Below are positions 13,879 through 23,158 of a stretch of 32,000 nucleotides of DNA, one piece after another. Where the stretch lies: NCBI RefSeq assembly GCF_049243625.1, contig NZ_CP046975.1. The stretch is one strand, 5' to 3'. The stretch comes from Corynebacterium amycolatum (GTDB taxonomy: Bacteria > Actinomycetota > Actinomycetes > Mycobacteriales > Mycobacteriaceae). Position 1 is the first letter of the stretch, and each line of letters begins with the position of its first letter. The translations under genes and the position numbers were made by a program. The notes beneath the pieces were generated by a model. That model saw only the letters and a list, made by a program, of their open reading frames with translations. It made no database searches and was not told where the DNA came from.

Positions 13879-14346
13879 ATGGCTGAAAGTTCGGAGCGAA
13901 ACACCCGAAATACCGCAGCGCCTAACGAGCAGCGCGAGCGCTATGGGGACAACAGTCGCACTCTCCCCGCAAAATTGGTTGTCATCGCTATTGTTGGCAT
14001 GCTCGTCATCGCCGGCGCATACATCTTCGTTCAGATGAACCGCGTCTCCGCCCCGGATGTCTCTGCAACGCAAGCGGGCTGGAGCCGCACTCCAGGTAAG
14101 GAAGATGAGCAGTTCATCTTCACACTGGATGTCACCCGCGAAAAGCCGGAGCTGGATAGCTACTGCATTATCTATGCGCTGAACTATGACGTGGCAGAGG
14201 TCGGCCGTCGCGACGTATTCATCCCGGGCGGCGGCCCCGCTACCGTGCGGATGGACGTCCCCATTGCCACCCGCGAGCTGGCCGTCGCAGGCGATGTCTA
14301 TGGCTGCTCCACCGACATTCCGGAGTTCCTCGCACCTGCGAAATAA
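13879..14346 (+). CDS. DUF4307-like membrane-anchored protein
   Basis: Start taken at ATG 13879 (MAESSERN..). It has one TM helix (LVVIAIVGMLVIAGAYIFV) then a domain of about 100 aa. It occupies the mca-greA position held by DUF4307 proteins in actinobacteria. Confidence 0.75.
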   Translation: MAESSERNTRNTAAPNEQRERYGDNSRTLPAKLVVIAIVGMLVIAGAYIFVQMNRVSAPDVSATQAGWSRTPGKEDEQFIFTLDVTREKPELDSYCIIYALNYDVAEVGRRDVFIPGGGPATVRMDVPIATRELAVAGDVYGCSTDIPEFLAPAK

Positions 14347-14466
14347 TCTCCCTTCGCGACTGAGGATCATGCGCTGCGGGGGCACGTCGTAAAGCGTGCG
14401 CGACAACACTCCGACGCGCCTGTTATTGCCATGTGGCGTGACAGTGCTATCCTGTGACGCAGCCGA

Positions 14467-14489
14467 CGGCCCCACGCGGGGCCGCTTTT
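14467..14489 (+). terminator. terminator-like hairpin 30 nt upstream of the greA start
   Basis: CGGCCCC-ACGC-GGGGCCG forms 7 G-C pairs with a tetraloop, followed by CTTTT. It is either the terminator of the upstream gene or a leader terminator of greA. Confidence 0.55.
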
Positions 14490-14519
14490 GTATTAAATAG
14501 CCAAAACACAGGAGGAACC

Positions 14520-15032
14520 ATGACTGAGGCAAAGAACAATAGCCCATGGCTCACCCAGGAGTCCTACGACAAGCTCAAGGCCGAGCTTGAGGCGCTATAT
14601 GAAAACCGCCCGGTCATCGCCGCCGAGATTAACGAGCGCCGCGAAGAGGGCGACTTGAAGGAAAACGCCGGCTACGATGCCGCCCGCGAGCAGCAGGGAC
14701 AGGAAGAGGCACGCATCCGCTACCTCGAAGACCTGCTCCAGCGCGCCACTGTCGGCGAGATTCCGCAGGAGTCCGGTGTGGCTCTGGTCGGCACCGTGGT
14801 CCACGTCTACTACGACGGCGACGAGGACGACACCGAGACCTTCCTCATCGGTACCCGTGGCGCTGACTCCTCCAACCCGAATCTGGAGACCTACTCCACC
14901 GATTCCCCGCTGGGTAAGGCTCTGGTCGGCGCTAAGGAGGGCGAGACCCGCACTTACGCTTCCCCGAGCGGCGACGAAGTGTCTGTCACCGTAGTTAAGG
15001 CTGAGCCGTACGACCCGGATATGGACGCCTAA
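14520..15032 (+). CDS. greA: transcription elongation factor GreA
   Basis: ATG lies 3 nt after [34 protein letters not shown].. is colinear with actinobacterial GreA. The ORF-track N-terminal extension from 14454 is rejected. Confidence 0.95.
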   Translation: MTEAKNNSPWLTQESYDKLKAELEALYENRPVIAAEINERREEGDLKENAGYDAAREQQGQEEARIRYLEDLLQRATVGEIPQESGVALVGTVVHVYYDGDEDDTETFLIGTRGADSSNPNLETYSTDSPLGKALVGAKEGETRTYASPSGDEVSVTVVKAEPYDPDMDA

Positions 15033-15046
15033 ACGCCGAGGTTACT

Positions 15047-15059
15047 CCCCCCCCCCCCC
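15047..15059. repeat. homopolymeric C13 tract (intergenic)
   Basis: Thirteen consecutive C read directly, starting 15 nt after the greA stop codon. Confidence 0.95.
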
Positions 15060-15114
15060 GGCGCTAGACCGCCTCAACCCAGGCGGCGATCTCGGGCCAC
15101 AGCGCCCGATTCTT

Positions 15115-15154
15115 GGACCGATAGAAGCCCATATGGCCTATCGGTCCATTTTTT
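15115..15154 (+). terminator. intrinsic terminator of greA
   Basis: GGACCGATAG (15115-15124) / CTATCGGTCC (15138-15147) is a perfect 10-bp stem with a 13-nt loop, followed by A-T6. Confidence 0.75.
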
Positions 15155-15295
15155 GTACCCTCTCCCGCTTCAATATCGCGCTTTACGACGTCACACTGCA
15201 CAGCCCGATCGATCAATATGTCGACTGCCGGTCGATTGGCCCACCGCGCGTCCGTGTTTAATGCGAATCGAAAAAGTAGCACTTCAGATAAGAGA

Positions 15296-15335
15296 AAGCG
15301 CCGGCCAACCCGTAATCACGGGCCAACCGGCGCTT
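15296..15335 (-). terminator. strand-specific hairpin downstream of the BI-1 family gene
   Basis: On the minus strand, AAGCGCCGGUUGGCCCG / CGGGUUGGCCGGCGCUU pairs fully if four G-U wobbles are allowed. The plus-strand transcript would have C-A mismatches instead. A weak U-rich tail follows. Confidence 0.55.
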
Positions 15336-15359
15336 ATGCGTTATTCAGTTTTCTAGCGC

Positions 15360-16187
15360 TTAGTCCCTGAAGTAGGACAGCAGACGCAGAATCTCGGTGT
15401 AGAGCCAGACCAAGGTCACGGCCAGGCCGAGGGCGACGCCCCAGGCGTACTGAGCCGGAGCGCCTGCGCGAACCAGGCGGTCAGCCTGATCGAAGTCAAT
15501 CAGGAAGCTAAAGGCTGCCAGGCCGATGCAGACCAGCGAGAAGATGATCGAAAGCATGCCACCGTCACGCAGCGGGAAGCCCAGACCGAACAGGGACAGC
15601 AGCAGGTTGCCCAGCATGAGGACCAGGACACCAATCAGAGCCGCACTCATAAAACGAGTGAACTTCGGGGTCACACGGATAGCGCCCGACTTGTACACGA
15701 AGAGCATACCGATGAAGACACCCAGGGTGGCCAGCACGGCCTGCATAATCAGCGCACCGGCGGCAACGCCCTGAATAGGGGCGGTGAACATGAAGCTGAT
15801 GCCGCCGACGAAGAGGCCCTCGAAGGCCGCGTAGGTGAGGGTAACCGGCGCGGAGCCGTACTTCTTACCGAAGGTGGAAACCAAAACAGTAATCAGACCA
15901 CCGATGGCGCCGACAATAGTCAGAATCATGGCCAGGCTGGTGGAGACACTGACAGCAATGAAGAAGTTGACTGCAGCCAAAACGATGATGGTTGCCAGTG
16001 TGATGCCGGTCTTGGAAACGACATCGTCGACCGTCATCGGACGGTAGTCGGCGGCAACCTGCGACTGGTAAGGGTTATCCCCGTAGTCAGCGCCCATCTG
16101 ACCTTGGCCGTAGTGATGTGCGCCCGCCTGTCCGCGGGCGACGGTCTTAGTAAGTGAACTGAATGCAGGATTGCTGCTTTCGCGCAC
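15360..16187 (-). CDS. Bax inhibitor-1/YccA family membrane protein
   Basis: 275 aa. GTG start follows GAAGGA. A Gln/Gly/Tyr-rich N-terminus is followed by about seven hydrophobic helices, as in actinobacterial BI-1-like proteins. Confidence 0.85.
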   Translation of the reverse strand: MRESSNPAFSSLTKTVARGQAGAHHYGQGQMGADYGDNPYQSQVAADYRPMTVDDVVSKTGITLATIIVLAAVNFFIAVSVSTSLAMILTIVGAIGGLITVLVSTFGKKYGSAPVTLTYAAFEGLFVGGISFMFTAPIQGVAAGALIMQAVLATLGVFIGMLFVYKSGAIRVTPKFTRFMSAALIGVLVLMLGNLLLSLFGLGFPLRDGGMLSIIFSLVCIGLAAFSFLIDFDQADRLVRAGAPAQYAWGVALGLAVTLVWLYTEILRLLSYFRD

Positions 16188-16424
16188 GTCGTCCTTCTTT
16201 CTTTTTCTCAGTTTTTCTTACAAGTTTTGAACTCAGGCACACGCGCGTACGTTTGCCTACACTGTCTACAACGGGCGACGTAAAGGTATTGTTCCCAACC
16301 CTGAAAAACAGTTAGTATCAAGGTAATTCCTCGCCTGCTGGCGGTGATTTTGTAATCGCGGAAACACTCACAGTCGCCAGGCGTGGGCAACCCCTGAGTG
16401 ATTACGAACAGGAGGCTGGTCAAG

Positions 16425-16757
16425 ATGTCTGATGACGTTGGCTACGATCCGGATACCACTGGTGACTTCGACGAGACCACGCTCGATGGCTCGGAAGGGC
16501 TCGATGGTGATTTCCTCACCGGCGATGGCGAGAATTATGTGATGGATCCGCCTGACCGCTGGCGGGGCGCGTCTCCGCATGACACCCTCGGCAAGCGGTT
16601 GGCAGAGGAAAAGCCGGACATCGATGTCGACGATGATCTGAATGATGACCCGGAGATGCGCTACGGCGATGTCGACGGCCACGAACCGTTCGAATTCGGC
16701 AACGATGGTCCGCGCGACCCAGACCGCAACCGACGGATGGGCTGGACTACCTACTAA
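16425..16757 (+). CDS. acidic DUF5709-like protein
   Basis: ATG lies 9 nt after AGGAGG (16410-16415). The 110-aa product is very Asp/Glu-rich (MSDDVGYDPDTTGDFDETTLDG..). The family call is from memory of similar actinobacterial proteins. Confidence 0.65.
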   Translation: MSDDVGYDPDTTGDFDETTLDGSEGLDGDFLTGDGENYVMDPPDRWRGASPHDTLGKRLAEEKPDIDVDDDLNDDPEMRYGDVDGHEPFEFGNDGPRDPDRNRRMGWTTY

Positions 16758-16828
16758 ACTTTTCTAAGTTTTAGTAGTTTTGCCAAATTTTCTATCTCGG
16801 GGTGCCGTACGACAGTAGTATCTGTGCC

Positions 16829-18412
16829 ATGACAGCATCTACTGCCACGACAAACCGAACTACCATCCGCAATCCGCTTAACGACGAGCTCGTTGCCCGC
16901 CTTCTTCAGCGCGTCACGGTAGCTGATAAGTCGAAGACCGCCACTATCTCGGCGCCATTTACCGGCCAGGAGCTGGCGCAGATTCCTGTCGGTACCCAGG
17001 CCGATGTCGACGAGGCCTTCAAGCGTGCCCGTGCGGCGCAGAAGAAGTGGGCCCGCATGGCACCGGAAAAGCGCGGCGAAGTGCTGCACCACTTCCACGA
17101 CCTGTTGTTTACCCACTGCGACCAGGTGCTGGATTTACTGCAGGCCGAGACCGGCAAGAACCGAGCCAGTGCCCACGAGGAGCTCGTACACACCGCCATC
17201 ACAGCTCGTTACTACGGCAACCAGGGGCCGAAGCTGCTGGAGCCGAAGCGAGCACACGGCGCAGTACCGGTGCTGTCCAAAACCACCGTTTATCACCACC
17301 CCAAGGGTGTCGTCGGTGTTATTGCGCCGTGGAATTACCCGCTGACTCTCGCGGTTTCCGACGCGCTAGCTGCGCTGATGGCCGGTAACGCCATCGTGCT
17401 CAAGCCGGACAGCACCACTCCGTTTACCGCTCTCTTCGCTGTCGATTTGCTCTACCGCGCTGGTCTTCCGGAAGATCTCTTCCAGGTCATTCCAGGTCCG
17501 GGTCGCGTGGTCGGCCAGGGCATTGTCGGCCAGTGCGACTTCCTGATGTTCACCGGCTCCTCCGAGACCGGCCGCTCACTGGCACAGCAGTGCGGCGAGC
17601 GCCTGATTAGTTTCTCCGCGGAGCTCGGCGGCAAGAACCCGCTGATTGTCGCTGAGGATGCCAACATCAACCGCGCGGTCGAGGGCGCGCGCATCGGCTG
17701 CTTCACCAACTCCGGTCACCTGTGCGTGTCCATTGAGCGAATCTATGTCGTGGACTCCGTCTGGGACGAATTCGTCCCGGCATTCACCGACCGCGTGAAG
17801 GCAATGTCCATCGGCGCTGGCTACGAGTGGGAAACCGAAATGGGCTGCCTACAGTCGCAGGGGCAGTTCGACATCGTCAAGTCCATGGTCGACGAGGCCA
17901 TCGAGGCCGGCGCCACTGTACTGGCCGGTGGTCGTCCTCGTCCCGATCTGGGACCGCTGTTCTACGAGCCAACCGTGCTTACCGACGTCCCGGAGGGCGT
18001 CGCCCTGCTGACCGAAGAGGTATTCGGCCCAGTAGTAGTCCTCCAGCGCGTCTCGGATGTTCATGAGGCCATCGCCAAGTCCAACGATTCCCGTTATGGC
18101 CTCAACGCTTCGCTGTGGACCTCCCCGCGTCGCGCAAAGGAGCTGGCTCCACAGCTTGAGGCCGGCACCGTCAATGTCAACGATGGTTTTGCTGCGGCCT
18201 TCGCGTCTGTCGATGCCCCGATGGGTGGTTTCAAGGATTCGGGTGTGGGCCGTCGTCAAGCAGCGGGCGGCTTGCTGAAGTACACCGATGCGCAGACGGT
18301 GACCGTGCAGCGTCTTTCCCCGGTGTCGATGCCACAGATGCCGCGTGAGCTGTACTCGAAGGTGTTCAACACGGCACTTGTTCTCGGCAAGAAGTTCAAC
18401 GTCCTGCCGTAA
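16829..18412 (+). CDS. gabD: succinate-semialdehyde dehydrogenase (GabD2-type aldehyde dehydrogenase)
   Basis: Colinear with M. tuberculosis GabD2 (..GVVGVIAPWNYPLTL.., ..FSAELGGKNP.., catalytic Cys in ..NSGHLCVSIERIYV..). Start taken at ATG 16829; the ORF track starts at GTG 16802. Confidence 0.9.
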   Translation: MTASTATTNRTTIRNPLNDELVARLLQRVTVADKSKTATISAPFTGQELAQIPVGTQADVDEAFKRARAAQKKWARMAPEKRGEVLHHFHDLLFTHCDQVLDLLQAETGKNRASAHEELVHTAITARYYGNQGPKLLEPKRAHGAVPVLSKTTVYHHPKGVVGVIAPWNYPLTLAVSDALAALMAGNAIVLKPDSTTPFTALFAVDLLYRAGLPEDLFQVIPGPGRVVGQGIVGQCDFLMFTGSSETGRSLAQQCGERLISFSAELGGKNPLIVAEDANINRAVEGARIGCFTNSGHLCVSIERIYVVDSVWDEFVPAFTDRVKAMSIGAGYEWETEMGCLQSQGQFDIVKSMVDEAIEAGATVLAGGRPRPDLGPLFYEPTVLTDVPEGVALLTEEVFGPVVVLQRVSDVHEAIAKSNDSRYGLNASLWTSPRRAKELAPQLEAGTVNVNDGFAAAFASVDAPMGGFKDSGVGRRQAAGGLLKYTDAQTVTVQRLSPVSMPQMPRELYSKVFNTALVLGKKFNVLP

Positions 18413-18440
18413 TACGTGTGTAGCGCACACAAATAGCAAA

Positions 18441-18475
18441 AGGCCAGGTAGAAAAACGCTTCTACCTGGCCTTTT
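18441..18475. terminator. bidirectional intrinsic terminator (gabD on plus, tRNA/ppx on minus)
   Basis: AGGCCAGGTAGA / TCTACCTGGCCT is a perfect 12-bp stem with an 8-nt loop. T4 follows on the plus strand and UUUUGCUAUUU on the minus strand. Confidence 0.8.
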
Positions 18476-18477
18476 AG

Positions 18478-18551
18478 TGCCCCCAGTGGGACTCGAACCC
18501 ACACTGAAAGGATTTTAAGTCCTCTGCCTCTGCCAATTGGGCTATAGGGGC
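18478..18551 (-). tRNA. tRNA, anticodon UAA by eye (Leu, codon UUA) but with a short class-I variable loop
   Basis: The minus strand folds as GCCCCUA-UA-GCC-CAAUUGGCAGA-GGC-A-GAGGA-CUUAAAA-UCCUU-UCAGU-GUGGG-UUCGAGU-CCCAC-UGGGGGC-A. It has a 7-bp acceptor stem, U8, A14, G18G19, GUUCGA in the T-arm and A73. CCA is not encoded. Confidence 0.85.
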
Positions 18552-18563
18552 CCCTAAGAAAGA

Positions 18564-19553
18564 TTAATGGGCGATATGGGTGTCTACCAAACTCGCCACA
18601 ATTCCGTCGAGGATATCCTTCTCGCTGATGTAGAAAAAGCGCTGCTCTTCCTTGGCTGCCTCGGAAAGCGGCAACGCCTCAAACATGTCTATCAGACCGT
18701 CAACAATGATGGAACCACCGGCGAAGACATCCGCGCGCTTCGGGTGCATGACCGGATTCGCAGCAAGGGATTCCGCATCGGTCTCGACGACGGATGCTGT
18801 CAACGCACGCAACGCCGCAAAGCGCAGCTGCGACAGGTGGATTGCCTCCGGGTCGTAGGTTTCTAGGCCCTGTGCCAGCGCCGACAGAGTGGTGAAGGTC
18901 CCGGCGCAGCCGACGATGGTGCGAGCCTTGTCGACAGGCACCTTCGCAACAATCTCGTCGGCCAGTTCCGCAACATACGAACGCGCCTCCTGGACCTGCT
19001 CCGCCGTCGGCGGCGAGGCCTGCAGGAACCGTTCGGTCAAGCGCACACTGCCCATAGCCACGGAATCAGAGCCGGCTACCGTACCATCGTGGTCACCGAC
19101 AATAACCTCGGTGGAGCCGCCGCCGACGTCGATGACGCAATACGGCCCCAGCTCGGGCTCCAAGTCATCGACTGCCCCGCGGAAGGACAGCGCGGCTTCC
19201 TCGTCGCCGGAAATAACCTCGGCCTCTGCACCCCACGGAGCGAGAATCTCGCGGGTCATGGCGAAGAAATCGTCGCGGTTGCTTGCGTCGCGCGTCGCCG
19301 ATGTCGCCACCATTCGGACTGCTTGGACTTTTTCGACTTGCATAAGCTCTGCATACTTCGTCAGAGCCTCCCGCACGCGCTCCAGTGCCTCCGGGGCCAG
19401 CATGCCAGTGGCATCCACGCCCTGGCCAAGGCGGACGATTTCCATCAGTCGGTGCAGTTCTGTGATTTCGAGAACTCCATCGACGACCTCGACCCGGCTG
19501 ATAAGCAGTCGAAGCGAGTTAGTGCCGCAGTCGACGGCAGCGAGAGTCGTCAT
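18564..19553 (-). CDS. ppx: exopolyphosphatase (Ppx/GppA family)
   Basis: 329 aa. N-terminal ..AAVDCGTNSLRLL.. ASKHA-fold phosphate-binding motif. Its start abuts the stop of the DUF501 gene. Confidence 0.92.
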   Translation of the reverse strand: MTTLAAVDCGTNSLRLLISRVEVVDGVLEITELHRLMEIVRLGQGVDATGMLAPEALERVREALTKYAELMQVEKVQAVRMVATSATRDASNRDDFFAMTREILAPWGAEAEVISGDEEAALSFRGAVDDLEPELGPYCVIDVGGGSTEVIVGDHDGTVAGSDSVAMGSVRLTERFLQASPPTAEQVQEARSYVAELADEIVAKVPVDKARTIVGCAGTFTTLSALAQGLETYDPEAIHLSQLRFAALRALTASVVETDAESLAANPVMHPKRADVFAGGSIIVDGLIDMFEALPLSEAAKEEQRFFYISEKDILDGIVASLVDTHIAH

Positions 19554-20090
19554 TTATCCCTCCACCCCCGGATACGCAATACCGAGCTCGGAAATCGTCG
19601 GCCAGTCCGCGGGAATCGCGGTGCCGCGCAGCTTCTCATTCTCCGCCGCCAGCGCCACTGACTCCGTACCCAGTCGGAAGTGATCCGGCCCCTTTGCCAA
19701 CGCGTAGGCAATAAGAACGTGTAGGCACTTCACGCGCGTCGGCATGCCACCACCGGAGAAGTCCGTGCCCAGGTCTTCCATCTCATTGCGCTCCGCCAGA
19801 AACGCCTCGTGTGCACGCTGGTAATCGGCGGCAAGCTCTTCGTCACTTTCCAGACGCGCGGTCATTTCCTTCATCACGCCGGTCGTCTCCAACCGGGAGG
19901 CCTCCGCGGTGAGTCGCGGATCAGTCAGGTAAAAGAGCGTGGGAAACGGAGTGCCATCGTCCAAACGAGGCTTCGTCTTGACCACACCAGGAGTGCCGTC
20001 GGGGCTGCGGTAAGAGATGTCCACTACACCCCGTGGTTCACGTCCGAGCTGCTCCGCTATCACTTCCAAATCTGCGGTATCCACAGACAT
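19554..20090 (-). CDS. DUF501 domain protein
   Basis: 178 aa. ..GTPFPTLFYLTDPRL.. and ..GGGMPTRVKCLH.. are characteristic of DUF501. AAAGGAG precedes the ATG. It sits in the conserved eno-ftsB-DUF501-ppx order. Confidence 0.85.
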   Translation of the reverse strand: MSVDTADLEVIAEQLGREPRGVVDISYRSPDGTPGVVKTKPRLDDGTPFPTLFYLTDPRLTAEASRLETTGVMKEMTARLESDEELAADYQRAHEAFLAERNEMEDLGTDFSGGGMPTRVKCLHVLIAYALAKGPDHFRLGTESVALAAENEKLRGTAIPADWPTISELGIAYPGVEG

Positions 20091-20217
20091 CGGTCACACT
20101 CCTTTTGCTTCCGTTTTACTGACACATAATCTCACAGTCGCCTTACAAGCGCGTTGTTTCGCTTTACGACGGCACACTCCGCCGCGCATTCAACCCCACC
20201 GAGAGCACTACGGAGAT

Positions 20218-20754
20218 TTAGGACTCCGGTACCGTCGGCAAGCTCTCAGGCCTCGTTGCCTGATCGCGCCCCGGATTAGGGCGAGTCTCTTCAGGCTCGG
20301 GCGGGATGGAAATGGAATCCCACAGAGTCTCGTACCACTTCTTGGCCTGGTGCTGCGGCATTTCCTCCGGTTGCGTCACGGGCTGTTCGCCCACTGCCGG
20401 ATCGAGGATACGGAATGGGGTCTCCCCCGGCTCTACCAGCCCCAGGCGCAGACGTGCCTGCTCCTTGATATAGGCAGGGTTGGAGTAAAGCTCCTTTTCA
20501 TCCTCTAGCTGCTCAATTCGCTGTTCCATGCGAACAATATTGTCCTGCGTTGCGGCTACATCCGCCTGCTGTTGTGCAAAAGTCCGCAGCGGGATTGCGA
20601 GAACAGATACTAAGAAAAGTACCAGCAGACCAATCCCGATCTTCTGTGCCGTGCTCAGCGAGCGCATTCCCGATGCGATTGCCGCTGCCGAACGCTGCCC
20701 CGCCCCTGCAGGGCGCGACTGTGTTCCGCGGCGAGATCGGTCCGATGCACTCAT
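20218..20754 (-). CDS. septum formation initiator family protein (FtsB/DivIC-like)
   Basis: Start taken at ATG 20754 (MSASDRSRRG..). It has a basic N-terminus, one TM helix, then the coiled coil ..IVRMEQRIEQLEDEKELYSNPAYIKEQARLRLGLV... Confidence 0.85.
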   Translation of the reverse strand: MSASDRSRRGTQSRPAGAGQRSAAAIASGMRSLSTAQKIGIGLLVLFLVSVLAIPLRTFAQQQADVAATQDNIVRMEQRIEQLEDEKELYSNPAYIKEQARLRLGLVEPGETPFRILDPAVGEQPVTQPEEMPQHQAKKWYETLWDSISIPPEPEETRPNPGRDQATRPESLPTVPES

Positions 20755-20792
20755 GCCCCACACTCTACCCGACCGCCAGCCGATGAAATAAC

Positions 20793-20830
20793 AAAAACCC
20801 GCCCACAACCACGTGCGTGGTGCGGGCGGG
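20793..20830 (-). terminator. intrinsic terminator of eno
   Basis: On the minus strand, CCCGCCCGCACCACG...CGUGGUUGUGGGCGGG forms an imperfect long stem, followed by UUUUUGUUAUUU. A second small hairpin lies at 20838-20859. Confidence 0.7.
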
Positions 20831-20866
20831 CAATGCTATACGCAGCTTTCGCAGCGTATCAACTGC

Positions 20867-22144
<1,278 letters not shown>

Positions 22145-22226
22145 TCACCTTTCCGCCGGAACCGTTCCGGCACATGACTCCAATTGTGGCACGGTTTGCC
22201 AACCTTCGCCTTAAATCCTTTTCACC

Positions 22227-23087
22227 CTATGCGGGCTGATTCAGCGCATAGTTCGCCGCAGCGTCCCGAACATCGCGAAGATACTGCTCAGATTGGTTAT
22301 ATGAGCGAATTGCAGATGCCCACCCTTCCGGGGTGGCGAGGTCGCGTTCCCCACTGCAGAGCATCCGTGCGGTTGTCGCAGTCGCGTCGTCGATGTTGTT
22401 GGGGTCGGCGACACCATCACCCGAAGCATCCATCGCAAAGCGATGCCATGTCTCGGGAATAAACTGCATCGGCCCCACAGCGCGGTCATACTCTGTGTCA
22501 CCGTCGAGTTCGCCATTGTCAGTATCGAGAACCTCGGCGAAGCCATTCGTGCCGTCCAGCGGCGGGCCGATAATCGTCGGACGCACTACCCCATCGGCAC
22601 CGATATGCGCCGGCTTGAGCCAATTGCCCGAGTACGTGCCATGATTAGTCTCCACCTTGCCCAGTCCTGCAAGCGTGTTCCACTCCAGGTGGCAGTTCGG
22701 GAACTGTTCGGCCGCAATCACATATGCGTTGCCGTAGGCGCGGAGGGCGTCCTCAGAAATCCCCGTCTTCGGGGAAATCTGCTGCGCCCACTGTCGGAGC
22801 TGTTCAGAGGTGCGCCCGGGCGCGTTGACATCAATCATCGGCGGTGGCTCAGCCGCGGCAGGCGGCACATTGTCCGGAATCGGCTTCTTGGTCAACGACG
22901 GGATAACGGGTCCAGTGAACATCGCCAACGCCCCAACCGTGCCAATGATAATCAGCACCGCCAGGGAGGTTAGACCGAGGCAGCCACAGCCTCGCGAGGA
23001 CTTCTTTTTCCCCCTACTGCGGCCACGCGACTTCGCCCCGCGGGGTGCGGGGTGCGCGTATTCATCAAAGGGAGAATTAGAAGGCAT
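22227..23087 (-). CDS. lytic transglycosylase domain protein (LpqU-like)
   Basis: 286 aa. A basic N-terminus and TM anchor are followed by ..AVGPMQFIPETW.. of the SLT-like fold. It sits in the conserved position between mazG and eno. Confidence 0.85.
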   Translation of the reverse strand: MPSNSPFDEYAHPAPRGAKSRGRSRGKKKSSRGCGCLGLTSLAVLIIIGTVGALAMFTGPVIPSLTKKPIPDNVPPAAAEPPPMIDVNAPGRTSEQLRQWAQQISPKTGISEDALRAYGNAYVIAAEQFPNCHLEWNTLAGLGKVETNHGTYSGNWLKPAHIGADGVVRPTIIGPPLDGTNGFAEVLDTDNGELDGDTEYDRAVGPMQFIPETWHRFAMDASGDGVADPNNIDDATATTARMLCSGERDLATPEGWASAIRSYNQSEQYLRDVRDAAANYALNQPA

Positions 23088-23158
23088 GGGGAATTACTCT
23101 ACGGGGTGAACCGTAAAAATCACTCAAACTCGAGGACAGAAATCACTTTTGTTGGAAA

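Noticed and set aside
13870-14547. 225-aa minus-strand ORF
   Set aside because: It is antisense to the DUF4307-like gene and the greA leader. It would run through the greA promoter and hairpin region, and it belongs to no recognisable family.
15064-15282. 72-aa minus-strand ORF whose C-terminus (..GPIGHMGFYRSKNRALWPEIAAWVEAV) looked like the His-containing tail of an alpha/beta hydrolase, suggesting a possible gene remnant
   Set aside because: The resemblance is impressionistic. The ORF has no RBS and sits downstream of the BI-1 gene terminator. It also contains the strong plus-strand greA terminator (15115-15154) within its supposed catalytic-His region. At best it is a decayed fragment, and TBLASTN against hydrolases would settle it.
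16368-20150. Shared 12-mer CTCACAGTCGCC in two intergenic regions (16368-16379 and 20139-20150)
   Set aside because: 12-mer coincidences are expected many times over in a window of this size, and there is no extended similarity around them.
22155-22171. Palindrome GCCGGAAC-C-GTTCCGGC 13 nt upstream of the enolase start
   Set aside because: It is a short hairpin of 7-8 bp with no U-tract and no known motif match. Palindromes of this size are expected by chance, so it is noted only as a possible 5'-UTR stem.
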